Of a stretch of 64,000 nucleotides of DNA, positions 30,364 through 40,277 are shown one piece after another. Below the pieces are notes generated by a model. The model made no database searches, was not told the origin of the DNA, and saw nothing but the letters and a program-made list of their open reading frames with translations. Origin of the DNA: a virus; the IMG/VR virus record IMGVR_UViG_3300020183_000010. One strand, 5' to 3'. The translations under genes were made by a program, and so were the position numbers. Numbering within the stretch: position 1 is the stretch's first letter; every line of letters starts with the position of its first letter.

Positions 30364-30402
30364 TTTGGAGCAATGTTTTTAATATATATCAGAAAAAAGT
30401 AT

Positions 30403-30732
30403 ATGAAAAAATTTAGAGCTACTATGGAGAAGTTTAGTTTTGCACAACTTACTTCAAATGCAGACGGTAAAACATCAGGAAGCGGTACTGCAGGTTTATA
30501 CGTCGTTTTTATAGGAGGTATATGCTTTCTATTGGGATGTATAGATAAAATGTTCTTAGGAAATAGCGTAGATATTCTTACACAATCTATAATATTCGTA
30601 ACAATTGGAGCTACGCTATTAGGATATAGAAAATCTAAAGATTCTGGAATTACGGAGCTTGAATCGGAAGAGGTAAAAGTTGAAGATATTAAGCCAGAAG
30701 AATACACAGAGGATCAGCCTCTAAATTCTTAA
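30403..30732 (+). CDS. small 2-TM membrane protein (holin-like topology)
   Basis: DGKTSGS, two hydrophobic helices, charged C-terminus. Confidence 0.55.
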   Translation: MKKFRATMEKFSFAQLTSNADGKTSGSGTAGLYVVFIGGICFLLGCIDKMFLGNSVDILTQSIIFVTIGATLLGYRKSKDSGITELESEEVKVEDIKPEEYTEDQPLNS

Positions 30733-31565
30733 GGATTAGACGGGGCTTCTCCAGTTGCACCAGTTGCACCTGTAATATCTTTTTTGATATCATATATTCC
30801 AAGACCAGATATTATTTTACTATTATCTGGAGGAGCTGTTCCTAATTCAACATTAAGTTTTATTCCCCCCTGCATTAGATTTCCTCTAAATCTTTCAGTA
30901 GTTTGATCTATATCAGGTAGATAAGTTTCAAGTTCCATAGAGAAACTTAGAGTTATAGCTTCTCCCCTTTGTGATCCATATGACATCTGGAAATTGTTTG
31001 GCTGTTTATCGGGGGGAGCATCACCTAAACTAACTTGGACAGGAATTCTAAATCCTTTATAGTAAAAATAATAAACAAATCTTTTATAAATTATTTCAAG
31101 AACGCTTTGTTGTATTTTAAAAGCATCTAATGTTGTATCCGCTTTTATTTTTGCATTAATACTAATACCTAAAGGAATAGGATAGAAATATGATGAATAA
31201 GTAACCATTTCACTCCCGTGATCTTTTTCTATCTCCTTAGCGTAAGAACCTCTAACGAACTTAGTGGTAGCAGATCCAGTATCTATTCTTATAGCTCCCA
31301 TTTCCAAAACACCTCTTGGTATTACATCATAGTTTCCTTCTGCAAAAGCAGGTTTACCGTCACAATCTTCATAAGATAAATAAAAATCCTGTAGGAATGG
31401 CTCATCCCCTACCATAGAATAGAAGAACGGAATGTATATTTGAGATACATTCTGATCGTTATCTACTTGCTCGTAAGTTATAACCTCATTTAGTTTACTC
31501 AAAAGACCTATTATTATCCCTCTGAAAAAAACATCATCGGTATTATATTTTTCTAAAAAATTCAT
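30729..31565 (-). CDS. tail terminator / sheath stabiliser (gp15-like)
   Basis: IPFFYS, VIPRG, YPIPL, DAFKIQQS, LSFSMELETYLP pattern. Confidence 0.6.
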   Translation of the reverse strand: MNFLEKYNTDDVFFRGIIIGLLSKLNEVITYEQVDNDQNVSQIYIPFFYSMVGDEPFLQDFYLSYEDCDGKPAFAEGNYDVIPRGVLEMGAIRIDTGSATTKFVRGSYAKEIEKDHGSEMVTYSSYFYPIPLGISINAKIKADTTLDAFKIQQSVLEIIYKRFVYYFYYKGFRIPVQVSLGDAPPDKQPNNFQMSYGSQRGEAITLSFSMELETYLPDIDQTTERFRGNLMQGGIKLNVELGTAPPDNSKIISGLGIYDIKKDITGATGATGEAPSNP

Positions 31566-31999
31566 AATTGCGGGTTGTTATCTATTATGACTGATGTCTT
31601 ATCTCTTATTATAGGTTTACTTCCGTACTGATATGGATCTTTATTTAGATCTATTACTCTTATTTGAGATTGAATATAAATAGGAATCTCCCTCATTTTA
31701 AATCTAAGGGGTTGTTTTACAGAGTTTTTATAATCTGGATGATAAAAATCACCGGTAGCGTATTCGAGGTCAGTTAGCTCTCTGCACTCATAAACAAAAG
31801 AAGTGTCAACAAATTTAAAGTATTTTTTAAGCTGAGAAATTCCATCTTTTTTGTTTACTGGCACTTTAAATCTATAAACAAAGTATTCTTTTTGTGGTAT
31901 ATCATCAACTAATGAATCCCCTTTAACTACAAGAAAATAGTTAAAAGTAGGGGTGAGATTTCTTATTGATTCTGTTCCAGCTGGAAATATTTCTGCCAT
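31562..31999 (-). CDS. hypothetical protein
   Basis: 145-aa ORF preceded by GATATATA. Confidence 0.6.
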   Translation of the reverse strand: MAEIFPAGTESIRNLTPTFNYFLVVKGDSLVDDIPQKEYFVYRFKVPVNKKDGISQLKKYFKFVDTSFVYECRELTDLEYATGDFYHPDYKNSVKQPLRFKMREIPIYIQSQIRVIDLNKDPYQYGSKPIIRDKTSVIIDNNPQL

Positions 32000-32011
32000 G
32001 TTTTATATATC

Positions 32012-33679
32012 CTATGACAATTTATCGAACGCAATATCAGAAAAATTATTCTTCTTCGATATCTCGATCTTATAATCGAATATCTCAGTAGGCATCGGTG
32101 CATGATTTATTACGAATATATTCATACTAAGATCATCGGAAAGCTTTCTCAAAGTAGTAAGTATGCTGTGTACACCATCAGGATCTACCGAACTAAAGAT
32201 CTCGTCTAGAAAAAGTATGTTTACTGACGAGAATCTAATCTTCATTAGTTTTATCACTGCAATAAGTACCGCAAAATCAACTTTTTTCATTTCGCCAGTT
32301 GACAATGTCTGTGGAGATATTTCTTCCCCTAGATGGAATATTTGTGCATTAAATTCCTCATTAAAAACAACTTTATATGGAAGATGTAAAGAAAGGAGTG
32401 TATTCAATATCTCATTATTTAATGATGGAAGTATTGATTTTATAGCAAGTTGTTTTACTCCCTTTTCACTTAGTACATCATCTAGAGTTTTTATCCATCC
32501 CTGTTTTTCCTCAAATATTGACTTCTCTTGGTTAAAAGAAGTTAGATCATCATTAGCTTGAGAAAGAAGCTTCCTTATAGAATTAGCCTCGTCATTGTTT
32601 TTAGCTGTTTTAAGGTCCTTTATTTTATTTTGTAGGGTTTTTATACCAGTTTCTATTTTACTTCCTTTAGAGAAAAGATCGTTCTTCGTTTCTACTATTT
32701 TATTTTGTGCCCTTTTAGCTTCTTCATAATTCTCTTTTAGCTTTTTTAAATTATCCTGAGATTTTTCTTTTAACTTACAGAGATCATCGAATATCGATTT
32801 ATGAAATTCAGTAGAAAGATCAGAAGTGCACGTTGGACACTTATCCTGGTTATATAGATTTATTTTAGAATCCAGTTCTTTAATTTTAGAACCCAGATCG
32901 CTGTATTTTTCGTAAGCGTCTGTAACAGATTTATTAACCTGACTCTCTTTAGTTCTAAATGACTTTATTTTTTCTGTGTGTAATTCTAATAGTGATTTAT
33001 AATTGTCTAACTGCTCTTGTGTTTTTTCTATTTGTGTTCCAGAATTTTCAACAATTTTTTGTTGAAGCTCCTCTAGTTCTTTTTGCGATGCAGCTATAGA
33101 TCTTCCCGTTGCAAATATCTCACCGGTTAATTGGTCTATCTGTGACTTAATACTCTTATTTTCCTCCTTCAGTATATCCCGCATTTCGTTCAGGATATAA
33201 AATCCAAATATCTTATCAATAATAAGCTTCTTATCTGCTGTGCTCATTTTCAGAAAGCTTTTAAAATCGTTTATCGATAAAGATATCGTATTATTAAAAA
33301 CGTAGTAAGGTATCTTTAATATATCATCTGTTAGATAATCCTGCACATTATTTTTACCTGCTTGATCGTAGATATTACCATCTATAGATATTTGGAAATG
33401 TGAAGGCTCTAATCCCCTCTCAACCTCGTAAGTTTTACCATCCTGTTCGAAAGTTATTTTCATCCAGGAATTTTTATTAGATCTGTTAGGTATGTCCTTT
33501 AATTTCTTTCCCTCTAGCTTTCCGTAAAGACCAAATGTTATAACATCTGATATAGTTGATTTGCCAACACCGTTCTCCCCAACAACTTGTATTAATCCTG
33601 CTTTTTCTGGTAATTCTAATCTTTGTATTTTATTACCATACGAGGCAACGTTTCTCCATTCAATTTTCTTGATCTTCAT
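32012..33679 (-). CDS. gp46: recombination endonuclease ATPase subunit (gp46 / SbcC / Rad50)
   Basis: GENGVGKST, CPTC zinc hook, LSTGE signature, LFLDEIF. Confidence 0.93.
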   Translation of the reverse strand: MKIKKIEWRNVASYGNKIQRLELPEKAGLIQVVGENGVGKSTISDVITFGLYGKLEGKKLKDIPNRSNKNSWMKITFEQDGKTYEVERGLEPSHFQISIDGNIYDQAGKNNVQDYLTDDILKIPYYVFNNTISLSINDFKSFLKMSTADKKLIIDKIFGFYILNEMRDILKEENKSIKSQIDQLTGEIFATGRSIAASQKELEELQQKIVENSGTQIEKTQEQLDNYKSLLELHTEKIKSFRTKESQVNKSVTDAYEKYSDLGSKIKELDSKINLYNQDKCPTCTSDLSTEFHKSIFDDLCKLKEKSQDNLKKLKENYEEAKRAQNKIVETKNDLFSKGSKIETGIKTLQNKIKDLKTAKNNDEANSIRKLLSQANDDLTSFNQEKSIFEEKQGWIKTLDDVLSEKGVKQLAIKSILPSLNNEILNTLLSLHLPYKVVFNEEFNAQIFHLGEEISPQTLSTGEMKKVDFAVLIAVIKLMKIRFSSVNILFLDEIFSSVDPDGVHSILTTLRKLSDDLSMNIFVINHAPMPTEIFDYKIEISKKNNFSDIAFDKLS

Positions 33680-34772
33680 CTTCTTTAACTTGTACAGATA
33701 TTTTATGTAGTAACTTTTCTATAGCATTATAGATTTTAGTTTTCTTCTCCTCCTCGTAGTTGCATTTTTCTAGATATAATTTAGTGAGGTCAAGAATGGA
33801 AAAATTCTTACCTTCTAGATCATGAAATCCTTCATCAACTACTTCCTGGTCTGGATTTGTTATTGGAGTAAATGATATTTTTAATGGAGGGTTAACATAT
33901 TCTGTTAATAATCCTAATGGAGCTTTTACTGCTAATTCTGGATCGACTAATATGTCTATAAAATTATTTATAAATATAGGATTAAGTTCATCGGGTGTAG
34001 AATTCAAGACTTTTTCAAAAGTCATCCTCACAAATCTCGGTGAATAATCATTGTCATAGTAATCCTCATATCCAGTTTCTAAATCTAGAACAGTTATTCC
34101 CTTAGGATTATCTGTATCTGATCTAGTAAGCTGATAAGGAGAACCTAGCATTCTCATTTTACCAAAAGTCTGTGAATAGTGTATATGTCCAGAATATACC
34201 CTGTCAAATTTATCTATATCGGTGTATTCTAGTCCCTCGTCAATTCTAACAAACTTATTAAACATTAGGCCCTTTAAATCTGTATGACATAACATGTAAT
34301 CGTGTGCATCTTTTACTGAATTTAATGTTTCTCTTTCAGCATCATGATCCTTTCTCCATGGCATAAGAAAAACTTTCCTATCCCCCATTAAAATAGATTC
34401 AGGTTCTTCGTATATTTTTATTCTAGGTATCCATTTTAATGATTTAAGGGAATTAACCTCGTTGGTATTTTTTCCATAAATGTCATGGTTACCACATATT
34501 ATAAAAATACCATCCTTAAATATTCCGGAGAGCTCTTCGAATATTTCTATACCAAGATTTAGAACTCTAAGATTTAATGATTGTCTACTATCATAAACAT
34601 CACCTAAATGAACAAGACAGTCCCCCGGCTTGTATATTCTTTTGCAAAGAGGTATAAACCAATTCTTAAAATAATTTTCGTGTATTTCTATCCAATCATT
34701 AGAATTATTCCTAACCCCTAGATGGGTATCCGTAATAAATATTATTCTTTTAATATTTGGAAATTTCTCCAT
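33660..34772 (-). CDS. gp47: recombination endonuclease nuclease subunit (gp47 / SbcD / Mre11)
   Basis: DTHLG, GDVYD, GNHD, SGHIH, GSPYQ. Confidence 0.93.
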   Translation of the reverse strand: MEKFPNIKRIIFITDTHLGVRNNSNDWIEIHENYFKNWFIPLCKRIYKPGDCLVHLGDVYDSRQSLNLRVLNLGIEIFEELSGIFKDGIFIICGNHDIYGKNTNEVNSLKSLKWIPRIKIYEEPESILMGDRKVFLMPWRKDHDAERETLNSVKDAHDYMLCHTDLKGLMFNKFVRIDEGLEYTDIDKFDRVYSGHIHYSQTFGKMRMLGSPYQLTRSDTDNPKGITVLDLETGYEDYYDNDYSPRFVRMTFEKVLNSTPDELNPIFINNFIDILVDPELAVKAPLGLLTEYVNPPLKISFTPITNPDQEVVDEGFHDLEGKNFSILDLTKLYLEKCNYEEEKKTKIYNAIEKLLHKISVQVKEDEDQEN

Positions 34773-35245
34773 TAAAATATCTTTTTGATTCCTTTCTTAC
34801 CTAAAATCCCGTATTTTTGGTCCATTTCTTGGACTATAAGCTCTTTATATTTCATGTGTATAGATTCATAAGCTTTTTGATAATTTATTGCAGTATAGTC
34901 ACAAATAGCAACAAATTTTTCAACCATACTAAATTCTGTTGACTCTAATTCTTTTAGTATATCTTGGAAGATAAGAGGTATAAGATCCTTCGGTATTTTT
35001 TTACTCGGACTTATTACTGTCCATCTTGATGCTTGAAATATCTCATCTATTTTATCGTTCAAATTACAAGAATATATGTAATCCTCATCCTCGTATGTAA
35101 CAACAGAATGTAAACTTCTGTAATCTAAGCTAGGATCTATCTCAAAATCTTCATCAGTTGATTCATCTTTTGTAGACTCTTCTAATTCCCCATCTATATT
35201 AGGGTCATCTTTTTCATCTTCGATCAGTTTTTTTTGCTTTTTCAT
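34772..35245 (-). CDS. hypothetical acidic protein
   Basis: ORF coupled between helicase and gp47. Confidence 0.65.
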   Translation of the reverse strand: MKKQKKLIEDEKDDPNIDGELEESTKDESTDEDFEIDPSLDYRSLHSVVTYEDEDYIYSCNLNDKIDEIFQASRWTVISPSKKIPKDLIPLIFQDILKELESTEFSMVEKFVAICDYTAINYQKAYESIHMKYKELIVQEMDQKYGILGKKGIKKIF

Positions 35246-36546
35246 TAATCATTCATTATTTGGGAATTAGGATCTTCTGAAATTCTCATATAGTTATAAT
35301 CAACTAAAAATTTCTTATAGGAGTTTTTATACCCCTCGTCCCTATTTGCTAGTAGCTTTAGCTTATATTCATTATTTGTGTACATTAGTGGATCTTGTAT
35401 AATCCCGAACATACCATCAACAGTAGCAACTAATCCGGATGATTCAGAAGCTGAATTCATACTTAGATCTGTAGCATCGAACTCACTTTGTTTAGTTTGT
35501 GTAGCAGTAACTATAGCCCAATGGTTCCTTTGTGCTGCTGCTCTTAAATCCTCCGCTATCTGTTTGATCTTCATGTATGTATTTTCAGAATTGGGATTTC
35601 TCCAGTTCTTCATAATGTTGATGTAGTCGATAATTACAATCTTAAATTTTATTCCTAAAATCTGTTCGACCTTAGTTAGCCAGTTTTCTACATCTATAGC
35701 AGATGCTTGTGATGTTGGAAATTCCTTAACTACTAATTCTCCAGGGGTTCTAAGATTTTCGAAAGCTAGATTTGTAATCTTCTTTTTTATTAGCGCATCA
35801 TTTTCTGCACTATCCTTATATTCTGACATCCTTATACCCAATAGATTAGATCCTAATCTCTTCATATATTTTCTGTCTCCTAATTCTAGAGTTATAATGG
35901 CCACGTTATTAGAAGCTCTGATTGCCTGAGTTGCTATATTACCAAGCCATAATGTTTTACCAACTTTGGGTTGTCCTAGCAAAACATATAATCCCTTGGC
36001 GGAAAAACCTCCGCCTAAACAGAAATCTATATAGTCGTAACCACTTGAGAATGTTAGATTGCTCGGTTGTTTATGAGCTTCTGGATCTCTGAAATTAAGT
36101 CCCATATCAAAAGAAAAGTCGACCTTATTTCTGTCGACTACTATAGATTTATAGGTATTAATAACATCCTTGATATTATCTGGTGTTACGTCAGTACTTC
36201 TTATATAGTTTATAGAATCAACTGCACTTTTTTCTAGTGTTTTCCATTCAATCCATGATTCTACATTTTGTTGAAGCCATTCAACGTCATAATCCTCGAG
36301 ATTTATCATCCACATAGAATCTAGCAAAGAATCGTGTAGCTTGTCATCTATTTTTAAAAGCTTAGCAGATTCCCTTACTTGTACCTTGCTGGGTATTTGT
36401 TGATACTTTTTCCAGAAAGATTTTATCACTTTAAATGCTTCCTGATAGTCTGTATTTTTAAAAAAGCTAATGTCAGTAGCATCTATATAAGCAGGGTTTT
36501 CTATTACTGCTCTAAACCAAATATTTTCTAAGTGTTGATTCTGCAT
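35245..36546 (-). CDS. gp41: replicative DNA helicase (gp41 / DnaB family)
   Basis: GQPKVGKT, ITLEL, KEFPT, IIDYINIM, AEDLRA, TATQT, SESSGL. Confidence 0.92.
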   Translation of the reverse strand: MQNQHLENIWFRAVIENPAYIDATDISFFKNTDYQEAFKVIKSFWKKYQQIPSKVQVRESAKLLKIDDKLHDSLLDSMWMINLEDYDVEWLQQNVESWIEWKTLEKSAVDSINYIRSTDVTPDNIKDVINTYKSIVVDRNKVDFSFDMGLNFRDPEAHKQPSNLTFSSGYDYIDFCLGGGFSAKGLYVLLGQPKVGKTLWLGNIATQAIRASNNVAIITLELGDRKYMKRLGSNLLGIRMSEYKDSAENDALIKKKITNLAFENLRTPGELVVKEFPTSQASAIDVENWLTKVEQILGIKFKIVIIDYINIMKNWRNPNSENTYMKIKQIAEDLRAAAQRNHWAIVTATQTKQSEFDATDLSMNSASESSGLVATVDGMFGIIQDPLMYTNNEYKLKLLANRDEGYKNSYKKFLVDYNYMRISEDPNSQIMND

Positions 36547-36549
36547 TTT

Positions 36550-36843
36550 CTAATAATGTGGATTATCCTTTATTTTGTACCAATTTTTGTTTCCTATACT
36601 TTTTTCTGATTTCTCAAATACTCCAGTTTCTATTAATTCTTTTACTAATTTTCCATGATTAGTTTTCTTCCAATTTGATTCTAGAAAGGAATTAAAAGTT
36701 TGATCCGAAAATTCCCCATCTGGTCTTCCATCTCTGACCAAATAAGAATTTAGCTCATAGATTATATCTTCTTTAGTTGGATACTCTGGAAGATCCTTCC
36801 ATATACCGAGGAGATATTTTAATTTAAGCTTGTTCTTCTCCAT
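36550..36843 (-). CDS. hypothetical protein
   Basis: 97-aa ORF between UvsX and helicase. Confidence 0.6.
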   Translation of the reverse strand: MEKNKLKLKYLLGIWKDLPEYPTKEDIIYELNSYLVRDGRPDGEFSDQTFNSFLESNWKKTNHGKLVKELIETGVFEKSEKSIGNKNWYKIKDNPHY

Positions 36844-38005
36844 TATCCTCTACTTCTACTTCTTCGTTTTCTGGATTAGCTAATTCATCTAATTCCGTTT
36901 CATCAAAAAGATCTGGTAATAAGAAATGTGGTTTAATAGCTTTTTCGTCGATCATATGTAGTACCTCGTCGGTAAATATTTCCGAGCTAAATAATTGTGA
37001 TGAGGTAACAGTTTTTCCTAAGTGCTTAATTGCCCATCTGGTAGAAGAAGCATTAGGTGTAAATTCCACCTCACCTGTTTTTTTATCAACTTCTAATTTA
37101 CCTCTTTCGATACCACAAATGTCCCATGATACAAAATCCTGTAAGCCTACATAGGGATTCATACCATTCATAAAAGAGATATGAAATTTAACTGCATAAG
37201 GTCTGGTAAATCTTGCCTTTTTAGGGGTAGATGTTACGACAATACCAGTTCTTGTATTATCACTTCCCTCTTTTAACTGTGCTTTAGAAAGCATAATAAC
37301 GTTACTCATTGAAAAGATTGGTCCATCACCACCTGCTGCTTCTTTAGTTGGCATAAATCCACCAATGTTACCGGTTGTTGTATGGTTTGTACAAATTAAA
37401 GGAATCTTAACCGCAGTAAGGTCCAGAGTAATTACACGAAATAAAGATCTTAATTCTTTAGATCTAATCCCCATATCCATTGCACTTTTACCTTTTAATG
37501 CGTCTCCAGTTTCTTTGTCTGTTGATAACATACCTAAAGAATCTAGAATAAGAGCAATTTTAGGATCTGCCCCTTCTTTTCTATATGTTTTGATCTTGTC
37601 TACTAAATTAGCAACAAATACCTTGAAATCTGAAATAGTTTTAATAGGTTGATAACGTACTGTATTAGTATCGATACCGAATTTTTTTGCTCCTGATTTA
37701 TCAATAGCACCTTCAGTATCACAATAAATTACGTTGTAACCTTTTTTCTGAGCCTCTCTTACTATGTTCATACACAAGAAAGATTTACCAGTCTGCGGAT
37801 CTCCTGCAATGCCCATTGATCTATTGTTTGCAATACCCCCAAATAGAGTACCAGATAACTGTGCGTTTAGTAAATAGTTACCAGTAGGGATCCAATCTCC
37901 GACTTCGGAGAAATCGTTGTTTTCTAAAATTGAACCCATTTCAAATCCTTCTATCTTAGATAGTGATTTGTCTAATTCTGCGAACGAAAATTCTTTTTTT
38001 GCCAT
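36824..38005 (-). CDS. uvsX: RecA-like recombinase UvsX
   Basis: TGNYLLN, GDPQTGKSF, DTEGA, LDSLGML, DMG.R, TNHT, GGDG. Confidence 0.92.
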   Translation of the reverse strand: MAKKEFSFAELDKSLSKIEGFEMGSILENNDFSEVGDWIPTGNYLLNAQLSGTLFGGIANNRSMGIAGDPQTGKSFLCMNIVREAQKKGYNVIYCDTEGAIDKSGAKKFGIDTNTVRYQPIKTISDFKVFVANLVDKIKTYRKEGADPKIALILDSLGMLSTDKETGDALKGKSAMDMGIRSKELRSLFRVITLDLTAVKIPLICTNHTTTGNIGGFMPTKEAAGGDGPIFSMSNVIMLSKAQLKEGSDNTRTGIVVTSTPKKARFTRPYAVKFHISFMNGMNPYVGLQDFVSWDICGIERGKLEVDKKTGEVEFTPNASSTRWAIKHLGKTVTSSQLFSSEIFTDEVLHMIDEKAIKPHFLLPDLFDETELDELANPENEEVEVEDNGEEQA

Positions 38006-38015
38006 CTTATTTTTC

Positions 38016-38360
38016 TTATTTAGTTATTTTACACATTGCTCTAGTAATAATTTCAGAATCTTTTAATTCTTCATTCCCGAATCTCCCGTCCATCTCTCTA
38101 AGAATGTATAGATCCTTTCCTATTTCTCTTGCTATATTTTCTAATTGTTCCTTATCTTTAGTGACGTCTATGTCACCATACCAAATTTTACCCTCTCCTA
38201 AAACAAAAATATTTGCATTAAAATAAACTTCATTATCCGGAAATCTGTCTCTATATCCAGATTTAGAAAATGAAATCATTCTACCTAAATTAAGACCCTC
38301 ATTATTAAAAAAATTTTCCATAATATCGATTTTAAATTTCATATAGATATTATAGACCAT
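38016..38360 (-). CDS. hypothetical protein
   Basis: ORF; GRMISFSKS, WYGDID. Confidence 0.6.
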   Translation of the reverse strand: MVYNIYMKFKIDIMENFFNNEGLNLGRMISFSKSGYRDRFPDNEVYFNANIFVLGEGKIWYGDIDVTKDKEQLENIAREIGKDLYILREMDGRFGNEELKDSEIITRAMCKITK

Positions 38361-38396
38361 TTTTTTGTTTTGGTCCGAAAATCTTTAAAAAATAGA

Positions 38397-38654
38397 TTAT
38401 TTTATATTATTTTTTAGACAAAGAAGCTTTGAACAGAATTCGAAATTGTTATTTATTTCGTTCCATTTTATTAGATAATCCAATGTTTTAATTGTTTTTT
38501 CTGGATCTTCTTTTAGTGACTCGTCAAGAAGGTAAGGAGAGCAAAGCCATAATTTACTTTTCTTTTCTGGGTCTATAGAGTACTCAGGTTCCTCTATATG
38601 CAAAAAAAATCTGCCATTAGCAGATTTTTTGATATATCTTCTTCCCTTTCCCAT
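38397..38654 (-). CDS. hypothetical protein with UVR-like C-terminal motif
   Basis: NNFEFCSKL. Confidence 0.5.
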   Translation of the reverse strand: MGKGRRYIKKSANGRFFLHIEEPEYSIDPEKKSKLWLCSPYLLDESLKEDPEKTIKTLDYLIKWNEINNNFEFCSKLLCLKNNIK

Positions 38655-38691
38655 ATTATATTATATGGGAAAGTTCAATAAAGTTTCTAAT

Positions 38692-38949
38692 TTATATAGT
38701 TTTTTCTTTTATTTTTTGTGACAATTTTAGAACAAATGCACATTTTTCGTATTCCTCTGTTGATTCAAAATGTGATATCAATCTTTCGAAAAGGTCTGTA
38801 TTGATAAATTTATAAAGGGGGCTTTCTTTTACAAAAGCTTTTTCACCTTCCCTCTCCATATATGAGTAAAGCTTTCTAGATTGCTCATCATACATTCTAT
38901 CGATTTCTTCTTCGAAATTTAAGTGTTTTTTTATTTCTTCTGGGTCCAT
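38692..38949 (-). CDS. hypothetical protein with UVR-like C-terminal motif
   Basis: HFESTEEYEKCAFVLKL. Confidence 0.55.
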   Translation of the reverse strand: MDPEEIKKHLNFEEEIDRMYDEQSRKLYSYMEREGEKAFVKESPLYKFINTDLFERLISHFESTEEYEKCAFVLKLSQKIKEKTI

Positions 38950-39014
38950 TTTATTTTATTTTATTTTTATATACCAAATGTAGAGTATAAACTCTTTTTT
39001 AAAAAACGATTCTA

Positions 39015-39359
39015 TTAATATTTTTGATAATTTGTAAATATTTCTTCTCCTATTTCTATATCCCGTATTGCAAAGAATATTAGCTTGTCTTTCTTGGTGT
39101 CAGTTTGCCAATCTGCATTACTATTATCCGAATGATTAAATATACTTCCATATCCTAAACATATAACTAATCCCATTTCTCCTTTAGGCCAACTAAAAAA
39201 ATGATTATTCAATATTTCAGGGTATCCAATACCTTCTGGGACTTTTATGTAGTGGCATTCTTCTAGTATTTCTCCAGACTTTATTCTTTCTGAAGCAAAA
39301 ACACCTCTCCCGTGAACGGGGGAATCATCTACAAATATTTTACTCGATCTATAAAGCAT
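39015..39359 (-). CDS. SET-domain protein (lysine methyltransferase-like)
   Basis: HGRGVFA, FNHS..NA, AIRDIEIGEEIFTNY. Confidence 0.9.
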   Translation of the reverse strand: MLYRSSKIFVDDSPVHGRGVFASERIKSGEILEECHYIKVPEGIGYPEILNNHFFSWPKGEMGLVICLGYGSIFNHSDNSNADWQTDTKKDKLIFFAIRDIEIGEEIFTNYQKY

Positions 39360-39418
39360 ATCACTTATACAATTTAAGAATTAAAAATTTCATAGACGGA
39401 TATATACAATAAAAAAAT

Positions 39419-40231
39419 ATGAATAACATTCTTTCATTAGAGGATTATTTATTCGAGAATGAATCCCCTATATTTTTTACGAATGAGCAAATCAATGAAT
39501 CATTAGAATATCTTAGTTCAGAGGATCCAGCATTAATGGAAGCTTGGTATAATACAGTTTTAGATTTTGCAGCTCTTATACCAGGAGTAGGATCTATAGC
39601 AGAAGGAATAAACTTGGTTTCTTATGCTAAACAAGGGCAATATTTATTAGCAGGTTTATGTGCAATAGGACTAATACCATTATTTGGCCAATATATAGGA
39701 GCTGGGGGAACTCTATTAGTTAAAGCTTTAGGAAAAGGGAAAACTCTAGGTGCTGCTATATTAAAACCTTTAACTAATCTTGTAGCTAAATTTTTTCCAA
39801 AAATAGTAGCTTTTCTAAAAAGTTCCAAGTTTATGACTAAGTTTTCCGGTATAGGTCCTTTTATAGGAAAAATGATAGGGTCTCTTAAAAACTTCGTAGT
39901 TAAAGGAGGATCCAAATTAGCCACTCTGGCAGGAAATCCAGGAACAGTTAAACAATTAACTAAATCTGTAAGAGGAATTACACAAGAGGCAAAATTCGCA
40001 AAGAAATCATATGACTGGATGTTTGCTCCAAAGGATCAGCCTAAGATATCTACTACTCCTACAACTGCTGGATATGTAGGAGACTCTAGTGTATTCCCTC
40101 AATATCAGATCCCCGTTCCTAGGGATGCTTATATGGCTTATCAAGGAGTTCCTTTAAAAAATATTAGACCTTATACAGATTCAGAAATATCTCAAGCTGA
40201 AATGGCTCAGGATTGGGAAAGATATCTATAA
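39419..40231 (+). CDS. putative virion-packaged protein with pre-toxin TG-like segment
   Basis: N-terminal ILSLEDYLFENE; LDFAALIPGVGSIAEGINLVSY; hydrophobic Gly-rich helices. Confidence 0.55.
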   Translation: MNNILSLEDYLFENESPIFFTNEQINESLEYLSSEDPALMEAWYNTVLDFAALIPGVGSIAEGINLVSYAKQGQYLLAGLCAIGLIPLFGQYIGAGGTLLVKALGKGKTLGAAILKPLTNLVAKFFPKIVAFLKSSKFMTKFSGIGPFIGKMIGSLKNFVVKGGSKLATLAGNPGTVKQLTKSVRGITQEAKFAKKSYDWMFAPKDQPKISTTPTTAGYVGDSSVFPQYQIPVPRDAYMAYQGVPLKNIRPYTDSEISQAEMAQDWERYL

Positions 40232-40238
40232 AAACTAC

Positions 40239-40265
40239 AAACCCAGGATCTCTCCTGGGTTTTTT
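40239..40265. terminator. bidirectional intrinsic terminator between convergent genes
   Basis: aaacccagga-tctc-tcctgggtttttt. Confidence 0.8.
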
Positions 40266-40277
40266 GTGTAGTAGGGT

